The translations under genes and the position numbers were made by a program. The notes beneath the pieces are model-generated. The model saw nothing but the letters and a program-made list of their open reading frames with translations. It was not told the DNA's origin and ran no database searches. A stretch of DNA of 64,000 nucleotides from Neophaeotheca triangularis (taxonomy: Eukaryota): assembly GCA_054600435.1 (NCBI GenBank), contig BAAIJX010000025.1, forward strand, positions 248,001 to 312,000, given 5' to 3'. Positions 33,113-45,988 of this stretch are shown one piece after another. Numbering within the stretch: the first letter of the stretch is position 1; every line of letters starts with the position of its first letter.

Positions 33113-35469
33113 TCAAAGCTCATCCACGCCCATGCCCGAACCATCCCACTTCCTCGATTTTAAGACACGCATCTTCTTGCTAGGACTCCGAAGCCCCTTC
33201 TCCCGCTCCATCAGCGCCAAACGCTCCTTGAGAGCCGCGTTTTCATCTTCAAGGTCGGCCATGGCTGTTTGCGAAGAATCCTTAGCCGGCTGTCTTGTCG
33301 CAGGAGTTCTGATTGATAGCAGATGAGGGAAGAACTTACCGCCATCTTGCTCCATGTTCACGTTCACGTTCTCCTTATCCCCAGTCCCATCGTCGTAAAC
33401 CACCATACCCCTAGTAACGATATCGAGTTTACGGTCCAAATGCTCGTCCTGCGCGTCCATCTCCAAATCCCTCGCGGCCCGCCACCTGCGCTGCTCCTGC
33501 GCAAGCCTCGACTCAAATTCCTCCCACAGCTCCTCACGCACCTCGGTCTCGACGTCCTCGATGCGCGTCTCGGCGGCTTTCCACGACGACTCGGCTTCGA
33601 TGCGCCGGTGCTTCTCTTCCTTAAGTTGCAGCTGCGTGACTTCGAGCTCCTCTCGCAGTCGGGCCAGCGTGTCGAGAGCGTGCTCGAGCTCCTCTTGCAC
33701 GGCCGATGGAGAGGTGCGGCCGCCGGGCGCGGTGGCTTGTTTCGCTGGCGCTAGGATTGTGGAAGTGACGCTGGGTATGCGCGGAACTGTGACTTCTCGA
33801 GCGAGGGCCGAATAGCGGAGGATCTGGCTCGTGGCGTTGAAGTCGCCCAGAGGGTCGGCTGTGACTACCATGATGGCTTTCTGTGGGGCTTTGTGCTGCG
33901 TGTTGGTGAAGCTATTGCTGAAGAGCAGCTCAGTGAGCTTGCACTGTCGGAATGGAACGAGGTTCGAGCTTGTGCTGGTGGCGTTGTCGGATTGCATTTG
34001 CATGCATTGGCCTAGGTACATGAGGGATTCGTTGATTTTGCCGGCTTCGGCGAGAGTTGCGCCGGCGGTTTTAGCTGTGCGGGCGCGTTCAGAGCCTAGG
34101 TTTTATGTTAGTATCGTGTCGTAAGGGTCAAAGGAATACCAACCTACCAGCCAGATCGACGATGGTCATTGTGCTGCTAGCCCATGGCCCAGGAATGCTG
34201 CCACGGTGCCTCTTCTTGACTTCGACGCAGAAAAAGCCATGACTCCTCGAGCTCACGGCGTTGTTGTTCGTTCCAGCGACGCGGCGCTCGTGCAATCCTG
34301 TCTCTAGGACAAGCAGAGCCTCGTCGAGAGAAGAGCATACTACCTTCTTCAAGCCAGCCACAACCTTGCGGTCAGGCGAACGCTCGGTATTCTTGAAGAG
34401 CAGTGGTCTCCTTTTCTGTGGTGCCTTGCTGTTGGACGCAGATGCAGTGAGAAGATCGAATATTCTGTCGTTGTAGACTTCATACATGCTCACAACGACG
34501 GCGTATTCGGCGTTCGGGTCGGCTTCGATGTGAACGTCTTCGATACTGGGAGACTGAGGGAGCATCGACAGGCGGGGTGTGTACTTTTTCGACGAGCCCT
34601 GGACGGAGAGGATGGAGGCTTCCTGTACAGAGCTGGTAAGCCTGGAGACGTTAAACGCAGAGTGCAAAAAAGACTTCAGAGGAGACTTGACAGTTGTTGA
34701 TGTGGATGGTCGACCGACATGTTGAGATGTCTGGTACTTCGCGAGAGATGGATACAGGCGATCAAAGACCTGCGTCGACTCCCTTTGAATGGGTGGGGGT
34801 GGGGGGAATGCGCCCGGAATGTGCTGAGTGGGCAGCATGGAGTCGCGTACCATAGCTGGAGTGGCCGCACGAGAGGGCATGCCATCACCGTAGAGAGAGT
34901 CGAGGAAGTGCGAACCGGGCAACAAATGAGCTTCGGAGACGTCTGCCGCGCATAGGGAGGGAAAGACGGTCGAATGCGAACCAACGTCGGCCAAATAGGG
35001 TTCGGTGTGGCGGAAGAGGGTGTCCAGACTGAGTTGAGTCAGGCCTCTCTGCGAGCGAGAGCCGAGTATGGTATGGCTCTATTGTAATGAAGTTATATCA
35101 GCATCGGTGACCAGATATCCAACCCTGGACTAAATGTCTTACCTTGCCCGATCCAGTCACACCTAGAGTCGCCAGCAAGCCGTCTCTCCCCTCATGACCC
35201 GGTTGGCCCAACACGCCTTCAAGCAGCGGTATCACTCCGGTCGTCTTAAATAGTTCGAGTTGGCCAGCATCTTCCTCATATACCCGTGTAAAAGCGAACT
35301 TCTCCACGGCGCGTCTGCGGTTGTCGTTGGCTGGTGGTTGGATCGTAATGTGTGTGGGCGTCTCGGCTTGCTCAACGTCAAGGAATCGTTCTCGTTCGGA
35401 GACATTCGACGGTCGCAGTCTCAGAAAGACGTCGAATAGCGCGCTGGAAGGTTTCGAAGAGTGGTCCAT
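33113..35469 (-). CDS. Kinesin motor protein (probably kinesin-6/Klp9-like). Exons 35469-35143, 35078-34851, 34622-34148, 34095-33340, 33264-33113
   Basis: VFLRLRP, P-loop LGVTGSGK|SHT, SMYEVYNDRIFDLL, switch I NAVSSRSH, switch II IVDLAG|SER, INESLMYLGQC, VPFRQCKLTELL, C-terminal coiled coil. Introns 35142-35079 and 34147-34096 are required; 34850-34623 and 33339-33265 are in-frame and so less certain. Confidence 0.92.
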
Positions 35470-35596
35470 GTCGATGCAATGGGTTTACTTGCAAAGGACC
35501 GTTGTTCGTGTACGCAAAGATGTCGACGTCGACGTCGAGCTTCTTGAAGGCAATTGAATGTTGATGTTGCCGTCGGCTGGCATGGCAACACTGCGC

Positions 35597-35633
35597 TATC
35601 TTATCTTATCGCACGCGGGTGACATCTGATAAG
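35597..35633. promoter_or_regulatory. GATA-site cluster in the kinesin/PPR divergent promoter
   Basis: ctatcttatcttatcg (minus strand CGATAAGATAAGATAG) and ATCTGATAAG at 35624-35633; an ACGCG lies between them at 35613-35617. Confidence 0.45.
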
Positions 35634-35764
35634 CGGCGGAAGATCTGACGCTAGCTTCGGGACGTACGAGGTTGCGAGGTAGCGTTGGTTGCAGACATGC
35701 GAGACTTCAAGGGCGGCATAAAATAAAATAATACTTGTAGTGATTCACTATCGCTCTAACTGCA

Positions 35765-37888
35765 ATGTTCGAGTGTCGCGCGTGTCTATTGCGCAGCATT
35801 CGCGCCATAGCAGCCGAAAGTCTTCCGCGACAATCAAGATCTCTTGCTCTCTTCACGCCTACCCTGACAAGTCTTCCCCGTCGCCGCCATGCCACAACCG
35901 TCCACCCTTCTCCGAGCGCAGACCTGGCTGCGTACCGAAGGTCGGCAAAGAAAGACGACGGCGACGACGATCAGCCGCCTACCGAAAAGGAGTCGGTAGG
36001 CGGTCAGCGCGAGAAGGGGATCGCGATACAAAATGAGAAAGATCTCAAGCTAGAGCTACGGTACTTGAAGGATCCTATGAAACTGGCCGATCATGTGCAC
36101 TATACCCTCCGATGTGAGAAGCCAGACAAGGCTGTGGATCTTTGCAGAGTGGCCAGCAGAAGCATGGAATGTATCGTCAGCTGGAACCATGTCATCGATT
36201 GGAACATGAAGCGCAATCGAATACCCGAGGCGCTCAAGATATACAACGAGATGAAGAAGAGGGCGCAGTTTCCGGATAGCTACACCTACATGCTGTTATT
36301 GAGGGGCTTGTCCACAAGACACCACCATGGTCAGCGAGTCAAGGAAGAGAATGTGAATAGAGCAATGTCGGTTTACAGGAGCATGAGCAGTCCGACCAGC
36401 CGCGTTAAGCCCAGCATTCTACACACCAACGCCGTGTTGAATGTCTGCGCCATGGCTCTCGATTTGGATTCTTTGTGGAGTGTAGCTGGTGATATACCTG
36501 CATCAGGCCCGCGCGCAGCCGATCATCGAACCTACACAATCATTCTGAATGCCATTTTAGAAGATGCAAAGAACTTTGTTCAGGACCGAACCCCTGATCA
36601 AGTTGTTCAGATGAGGCAAAAGTCGGTCAATCAAGGACGAAGGGTGTGGCAGGACATTATACAGAAGTGGAGGGGAGGCGAAGTCGCCATTGATACCGAG
36701 CTCGTCAGCGCAATGGGACGGTTGCTTCTCTTGAGCAAGAGACTGCAAGACTGGGACGATGTGCTGAGCTTAGTCCAGCAGACCATGAACATTGAGCGGC
36801 TCGTTCCTCCCATTGGCAGCGAGGGTCGCAACGTGGGACATGTCCCGCAAGAAGAATTTGAGGTCATCGAGGATGAGGACAGCGAGGGCTTCGTTGACAC
36901 GCCTGCAGCAAAAGCGTTCAAGCCCGCCACGCCACTCCCACCCAGTCCCGAACGTCCCGGTCAACCCAAGACTCTGGCCTATGTCCAGCCCGACAACGCA
37001 ATACTCTCAGTCCTAATCGACGCAGGCGCTCACATGCGCTCGACCAAGACCTGCAACCTCTACTGGGACAAGCTCGTGACCGAATACGGCGTAAAACCCG
37101 ACCTAGCAAACTTCCACGCCCAGCTCCGCGCTCTCCGCTACAACCGGGCCTCCGGCAAAGCCGCCGCACTGCTTCAATCACATCTCCCCGCCGCCGGTAT
37201 CGTCCCTAAAAACACCACCTTCCGCATCGCCCTCTCGGTATGCAGCCGCGACCACAAGAATCCGCACGTCCTCGACCACGCCAACACCATCGTCAACGTC
37301 ATGGAAACCCACTCAGAAGAGTTAGACATTCACACCTTGGTCCTCTACCTCAGCCTCGCCCTGACAACCGACGACGGCGGCAAGATAACCGCGACCCTCA
37401 ACCGCCTGGACCCCATCGTCCACAACCTCCGCTCCCAAGCCTCCTACGGCTCAACCGTGCGTTCGCAATCCCCCGAAACCGCCCGCCAGGAGAAAAAGGA
37501 CATTGTAACCCTCTTGCAATCCATGATCGGCGCCATTGACGTCCTCATCCGCCGCGGACTCGTACCGATCGAGAGTCATAAACACTGGAAAGCGAGGCGC
37601 AGCCAGCTGGATGCTTTTGTCGGGACGTCAAGAAAGCGGATCGAGCGCATGGAGGATGGGAAGGCGATGCAAGTCGAGGGAGAGAAGGCGAAAGCGGATG
37701 TGAGGAAGGCGAGGAAGGAGTTGGGGATGCAGACGGAGAAGCGCCTGGTCATGAGTAAGGCTAATTGGGAGTTGAGGCGGTTTAGGTATCGGAAGAAGGC
37801 GGAGGAGCGGCGGGAGGCTCCTCGGACTCAGAAAAGGATGAGGACCGGTGCGGGGATGGTTGATAGTCCGGGGGAATTTGGGATGTAG
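35765..37888 (+). CDS. Pentatricopeptide-repeat protein, probably mitochondrial
   Basis: Arg/Ser-rich presequence-like N-terminus; PPR units IVSWNHVIDWNMKRNRIPEALKIYNEMKKRAQFPDSYTYMLLLRGL, PSILHTNAVLNVC, ADHRTYTIILNAI, YGVKPDLANFHAQLR. Confidence 0.9.
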   Translation: MFECRACLLRSIRAIAAESLPRQSRSLALFTPTLTSLPRRRHATTVHPSPSADLAAYRRSAKKDDGDDDQPPTEKESVGGQREKGIAIQNEKDLKLELRYLKDPMKLADHVHYTLRCEKPDKAVDLCRVASRSMECIVSWNHVIDWNMKRNRIPEALKIYNEMKKRAQFPDSYTYMLLLRGLSTRHHHGQRVKEENVNRAMSVYRSMSSPTSRVKPSILHTNAVLNVCAMALDLDSLWSVAGDIPASGPRAADHRTYTIILNAILEDAKNFVQDRTPDQVVQMRQKSVNQGRRVWQDIIQKWRGGEVAIDTELVSAMGRLLLLSKRLQDWDDVLSLVQQTMNIERLVPPIGSEGRNVGHVPQEEFEVIEDEDSEGFVDTPAAKAFKPATPLPPSPERPGQPKTLAYVQPDNAILSVLIDAGAHMRSTKTCNLYWDKLVTEYGVKPDLANFHAQLRALRYNRASGKAAALLQSHLPAAGIVPKNTTFRIALSVCSRDHKNPHVLDHANTIVNVMETHSEELDIHTLVLYLSLALTTDDGGKITATLNRLDPIVHNLRSQASYGSTVRSQSPETARQEKKDIVTLLQSMIGAIDVLIRRGLVPIESHKHWKARRSQLDAFVGTSRKRIERMEDGKAMQVEGEKAKADVRKARKELGMQTEKRLVMSKANWELRRFRYRKKAEERREAPRTQKRMRTGAGMVDSPGEFGM

Positions 37889-38625
37889 GAGTTAGAAAGG
37901 CCTTGACTGGGGATTGAGTGTATCATTTTGAAAATGTAAAGTATACCATCAAGGGTTGCAGACTAGTTGAAACGCGATTTTGGTATTTACAATCGCTGCT
38001 TCTGGTTATTCAGAGTTGCGCAGTCTACTTGATTCCAACGAAATGATGGACTGCATGCAGTCCCTTAACTTTCATGCCAATCAGCATACCGATGCGAACC
38101 TGTGAGGACGACGGTGAGTGGTTTCTAAGGGTTGGGGTTGGGGTTGTTCTTCATCTTGAGAAAGTGCCTCGTCTAATTCCTCCACTCACCGCGGTCGTAA
38201 CACTGAGCCAACACGGGGTGCGAAATGTAGCATATCTCATAATGTATACCAAGGGTAGTCTTGCCGCCAAGATCTGTGGCAGGACCTTGGCTCTAGAAAG
38301 CACACTTCCTATGAATAGGAACGCCAGAGAAAGTAAGCATGGTGAGTGATTATGCATCGGGTACTAGACTGTAGAATACAATTCTTAACTACTGAACGAT
38401 CTATGGGAACACAAGTAGAAGTAGTCACAAGCTGGGCTCGCTCGGTATGAGCAGCGCAAGTAATCACTCGAACTTCGAGCACGGCCAGCATATCAAACGC
38501 CAGTTCTCCTCAGCTTCGCAAACCTTGTCCCGGCCCATTTTAGCCACAAACGCCATAACCATGCTCATTCTCAAACCTCGCTGCGTGTCGAGTAGAAGAC
38601 GACGGGGGATGACAACAAGAGTCGT

Positions 38626-41009
<2,384 letters not shown>

Positions 41010-41623
41010 GTCGTTTGCGTGTAGGGACAGTGAGCGAGAAGTGGATTAAGGAGCGTAGTGTAGGTTGTCAAAAAAGAACGTGACTGTGATGTTCAATGTG
41101 GAGTGAGGAGTTGATGTGAGGTTGAAGGTGTGAGAGGTTGGAAAGAGGTGTTGTTGTTTGCAGGTCAAGAAGTTGAAGGGAAGGGACGCGAAGAAGGCAG
41201 TCGCAAAAGGAAGGGAAGGGAATTTGCGACAGGAAATTTCGGCCAAGCGCGGCGCTAGTTGAAAGTTAAAGTAAGGATGCCTTAAGGCCACAACTCTTAC
41301 ATCTTTCACGTGCAAATATCAACAGCAACATGTGGTTTTGTGGGTGCCTCAGGCATGAACTTCCCCGTCTCGGCCAAGGCCGGACGGATTCACCTTCGGT
41401 CGCATAGCTCGGTAGATAGTTCCCTCCTATTCAACAACCGATCCACGCCCGCAGAACCACAAACATGGAAGTACCAGCACCAAACAAGTACAATCCTGAC
41501 GGATGATTCAACGTGGAAGAACTTGGGTGGTGCTTTTCCCCTATCGGATGCACTAGCAAAGCGCTCATGCACTATACCTAGCCCCGTAAACAGACAGTAG
41601 CTCGTTGCCTACGTATGATACAC

Positions 41624-43659
41624 TCATCCCTCGGTCGACGATGTTGCCATGTCCCAAAAGCCTGCTTCCATCTACCCAAATCAGCGAAGCTCGGCCAATA
41701 CCCTAAGCGAGTTAGACTTACCTTGGTAGCATGGATGAAAATTTTGACGAGCTCTTCGATGCGCGAAGGCGACTGTTTAGTTACGTGCCTCTCGAGGAGG
41801 TCTTCCCAGCTGTCAGCAATCGCGCTTCATAAGCACTCGAAACTCATCAACATACCGCAGCCTCGCTTCATCGCCAGTGTGTAATCCTCAGCCGTGTAGT
41901 TCTGGATCCACTTCAGGTAGCTGTTGTTGACGCTGTTCGAGTCTTGTTGTTGCAACGCTGACAGCCTTTGAGCTATGAGACCGTAGCCCAGCAGGCACGG
42001 GAGCATGGCTATCTGCAGTGCCAGCCAGTCTTCAGATTGGCCGATGTCGAGTACGTAACGCGAGTACGCCGTACAAGCTGTGCAAATGAAGCGGTCAGAA
42101 TCAAGTAATATCGGACCGAGGCTGGTGATCTGTACCTTGACTCTCTTCGTGGCCTTGCATTGCCTCTTCGGTCAAACCCAGTTGTTCGCACTCCGCAATG
42201 TGAAGATTTGTCTCGTGTCGAGTGTGCATCACGATCTGAGCGGCCTAGTAGGTTTCAGCTTCGAGGTTTCATCGCTCATAGAAAGAGTGATACCCACAGC
42301 AGCCACATCGTTTATGGTCTTTGCTTTGTACCCAGCAAGTGCATTGGCTCGGGCGAATTGAATCTAAACATGTGTCAGTTGGTCGGTGGATCGTGGTCGT
42401 TTCTGAGCTTTGCCTCACCAGATACAGATAATCTTGGATCATGTAGTTCTTGAATGCCTCCCTAGGTAGAGTACCGTCTCCCAGTCGTTCCACAAACTCA
42501 TGGTGAGTGTAATCGTGCCACGGCCGTCGAACGTCTTGTCGATCGAGGAGATGTTCAACGAAGTGGCCGCTGTTCTCAAGGTCAGCTTCTCCGGAACATT
42601 CTGCAACGGACTTGAGGAAGCTTACGGCGAGAATGGCAAAGACTGCATAGAGTGAAAGTGGTTGATCGGACCATGACCTTTCCCAAGATCCTGGCTGGAC
42701 TGGATGCCCGCATCGACGTACTGACAAGCAGTTCGGACGGCGCGTACGATGTTGGGGTCTTCAGCTACTCTGCAGGCAACGGCGGACGCAAGAGAGCAGC
42801 CGGTGCCATGGGTATTCCGTGAGGGTGAGTACGGAAACTCGATCACTGCAGCCGTCTCAGGACCGTACAACACATTGCAGACCAATGACCGCTCCTCTTC
42901 TGTACGTGCAAGTTGGCGATCGACATTGAGTGGAGTGTGACCACCTTTCAGCAGCACGTATTGCGGTCCAAGTTTTTGCACGGCCACTGCAAGCTGCTTC
43001 ATGTCTTCCAAGCTCTGGACCTCCATCCTTTCGTGGCCACATTCTTTGAGAAGCAAGTTCGCCTCTGGGATGTTAGGGGTCAAGATGCTTGTCAAAGGTA
43101 GAAGCTCGCGGCAGAGTGTATTCACAGCTGTTTCGGCCAAAAGCTGTGCGCCACTGGTAGATACCATGACCTATGATAGGTGAGCTATTGATATGTTGAG
43201 CGTTAAAGGAAGCTCGCCGAAGAATACCGGATCGACCACCACAAGAGGAACGCGGTGTTGTTGCAGTGCATCGGCGACGACTGATATTGTACTTGCTGAC
43301 GCAAGCATACCTACTGGAGTTTCAGTGGAGCTTTGAAATAGGTTCGAAGAAGAAGTGAATACCAGTCTTGACTACATCTACCCCAATATCGTCAATGCAA
43401 GCATCAATTTGCTTTCGTACGAAGTCTGACGGTGTTTCATGTATGTCGTATACACCTTGAGTGTTCTGTGCCGTTAAGGCTGCCGTCGCTGTCATTGCAT
43501 AGCATTGGTGTGCAGCAATCACCTTTTGGTCTGCTTCCAACCCTCTGCGTTTTTTGTCCGGTCAGCTCATGTTTGACAAAGTGTCTATTCGTGCAATCCG
43601 GATGACACTTACGCGCCCCCCGAGCTATCTGAGCCTGCAATCACCAATACTCTCTTCAT
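41624..43659 (-). CDS. THI20: HMP/HMP-phosphate kinase-TenA (thiaminase II) fusion, THI20/THI21-like; 10 exons
   Basis: MKRVLVIAGSDSSGGAGLEAD, ALTAQNT, VKTGML, VVDPVMVSTSG, TPNIPEA, LKGGH, NTHGTGCSLASA, GKGHGPINH, then TenA YMIQDYLYL, PCLLGY, MEAGFWDM. Introns 43612-43545, 43362-43311, 43227-43171, 42625-42570, 42418-42364, 42297-42245, 42135-42078, 41855-41802, 41721-41672. Confidence 0.93.
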
Positions 43660-43855
43660 GCTGTGAGAGTCGTGCTATGTCGGACGGCTTAAACGCAAAA
43701 CAGGAAGAGTTGGAAGCACTCGTTGGAAATGCGAACTCAGCGTCTCGGCAAGACCTTGGAGACACGCTAAGCCTGATTCAGCTGCTTTATAGCTGCAGAG
43801 CGGCAGAAACCCGACCCGTGCAAGGCGGTGAACGCGAGCGTCTCGATACATTCTC

Positions 43856-45680
43856 TCAGTCGGAGTCATCGGAATCATCGAACTCAGGCATGTTTGGATC
43901 TAGAGGCCCAATTAGTAAGGCGTAAAGTAAGAAGAGTTGCGCTGAGCGTCTACTGACCCCTTAGGAGCTGGTACTCGAAACGCCCTTCAAGCTTTCTGCT
44001 CAGAGCTTCCCGGATTGAATCCTGGCTAGCTTGAGGGATCGCTGAATCTGTGTCAGCCATGTCAACCGAAAGAGCAAAACCCTGGTTGCTTTCGTCGAGT
44101 TGATCGATGAATGCAACTATGCCTTCCTCGGTGAAGTTGGTGAGACCGCTGAACGTTAAGGTCTTGAGCTCAGGAAGGGTGGCCAGACTTCCCCATACGG
44201 CGTCTGAAATGCCATATCCACCTATGTACAGCTCCTCCAGATTCGGGAGATGACTGGCAAGGAGCTTTATGTGCTCATCGCTGAAAAAGTCGCTGATCCT
44301 GGTTAGGTTCAACTCTCTCAGTTCGGTAAGTGAACAGAAAGCGTTCATAAGCTTCTCGATATCGTCCCGTGACATAGCCTCAGGGTCTGCCCGTAGAAGA
44401 AGCCGGCGAAGCGTGGGTTGGTTGGCCAGTGACTGGTGAAAGTCGTGGTGATCTTTGACAAGGTACATAGAACCCTCGGTGGCTTTGATCTGTAGCTCCT
44501 CCAAATGTATGTTGCTTTCAAGCAACATAGGCGTGAGAAGATCTGGGGCCGAAACAATATTTTCGAGTTTGACGTCGGCGAGGCTTTTGCAATTCCTCAA
44601 CCACTCTACGATCTCCAGGTACACGTCGTTCTGTGTAGCCTTGAGATCGACGGAAGGGCGCAGGCTGCCGATCGAAAGAGATTCAATGGCGGTACAGCCT
44701 CGTAGATAGCCTAGAGCCAAGATACCTTCATCCGCTAAGGCCAGCTTCAGCGTCCGTAAGCTCTTCCCGTGATCGTTCAGCGCAAGCGTGGTCTCACCTC
44801 CAATACCAACGCTGCTGATGTTCTCGAAATAAGTGAGCGTGTTGGGTTGCATTCCGGCTATAAAAGTTGCAAGTTGGTGATCTGAGTCTTCGCCTGTCCA
44901 TCGGTAGATACTGAGTTGCTGGAGGGCGGGACAATGCACATGAAGCAGGTTGCGTAGAGTCTCATCCGCCAGCGCCTTCCCATCCCACAGCTGCAGGAAA
45001 CGCAGATGCTTTAATTGCGGTGCCCAAGTAAGTAAGGCCGTGGATAAGATGTCTGTGATCGTGGGTTCTGACAAGGCCTCCAAGAGCGGTGCCGCTTGCG
45101 TGACTGTATCGCCAATGGCTGAAAGGATAGAGGCAGAGTCCAGACGACCTATGCCGAGTCTGGACCCAGCCTTGCTTGGTGTGTCGATAGTCAGTCGGAA
45201 GCGGGCGAGCTCTCCAGCAAAGAAGTACTTTGCAATCTTGCTATTCTTGTTTCGAAATTTGTCGTGATCCAAGAGATAGCTCAAGTCGCGAAGATCGAGC
45301 ATGCGCAAGTGGCGGCAATACGGATAGGCTGCTTTCCCAAGGGCTGAAAGAACGATGCTTCGCCACAGTATTGTCCATTTTAGGAGAATGAGGTCTTGCT
45401 CTGCCAAAGATACGGTTTCGCTGCCGCCTCCTTTGACGGGCGCCTCATGGCTGATTCTGAGGAGTTGGAGGTCAGGATTGCGCAGCTTCAGACAGGGATT
45501 GGGGCGTACGCACCGGTACAAGGCAGAGATGAATCCCGCACTTGCGACTTGTTTGCTGCTCAATATGCAACTGTAGAGTGTTGCATAGTCTTGCCTAGCT
45601 GACAGCTCGGCAGAAATGAGATGGAATAAGTCGGCAGGTAGAGAGTCGACTGCTGCTGAGCTGTTGTCCGCGGCCGCCAT
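43856..45680 (-). CDS. Leucine-rich repeat (RNI-like) protein with an F-box-like N-terminus. Exons 45680-45514, 45456-43958, 43899-43856
   Basis: LPADLFHLI..L at the N-terminus, YPYCRHLRMLDLRDL, repeated L..L.L units (LTELRELNL, LPNLEELYIGG, LPELKTLTF). Introns 45513-45457 (in-frame) and 43957-43900; the last exon is DPNMPEFDDSDDSD*. Confidence 0.85.
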
Positions 45681-45810
45681 CGGAGTAAGTACAGGCCGGC
45701 TGATTATGATTCCCTGATGATGATTGGGACGGTGTTGCCAGTGTTCAAGTTAGAAGCGGACGTCGACTCATTCGAATGGTAGGATTGATGTTGGAGCTGT
45801 AAAGCACGAG

Positions 45811-45841
45811 CGCGCGTGAGGCAGACGCGCCACTCCCGCGT
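45811..45841. promoter_or_regulatory. Three MCB-like CGCG cores upstream of rad9
   Basis: CGCGT 45813-45817, ACGCG 45825-45829, CGCGT 45837-45841, in a 308-bp divergent promoter. Confidence 0.55.
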
Positions 45842-45988
45842 CTTGAAGAAGTCGAAGGCACAACAACCTCAGTTGGAAGCCGATGGCAACGAGCCTCGCA
45901 AAGCAATAAAACATCAACCTGACCACTTTTTCATAGACCCTTTTGCGCCACTCTCACGATATGCCCAAGACCGTGCTGTAACGCCAGA

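Noticed and set aside
38048..38063. Perfect 16-bp palindrome GGACTGCATGCAGTCC
   Set aside because: About one such palindrome is expected by chance in 64 kb (64000/4^8); there is no supporting context.
41624..43856. TPP riboswitch in the thiamine gene's introns or leader
   Set aside because: All nine introns are 50-68 nt, and I found no CUGAGA..GAUC/GAUAAU..AGCG aptamer core; fungal TPP switches are known from THI4, NMT1 and transporter genes.
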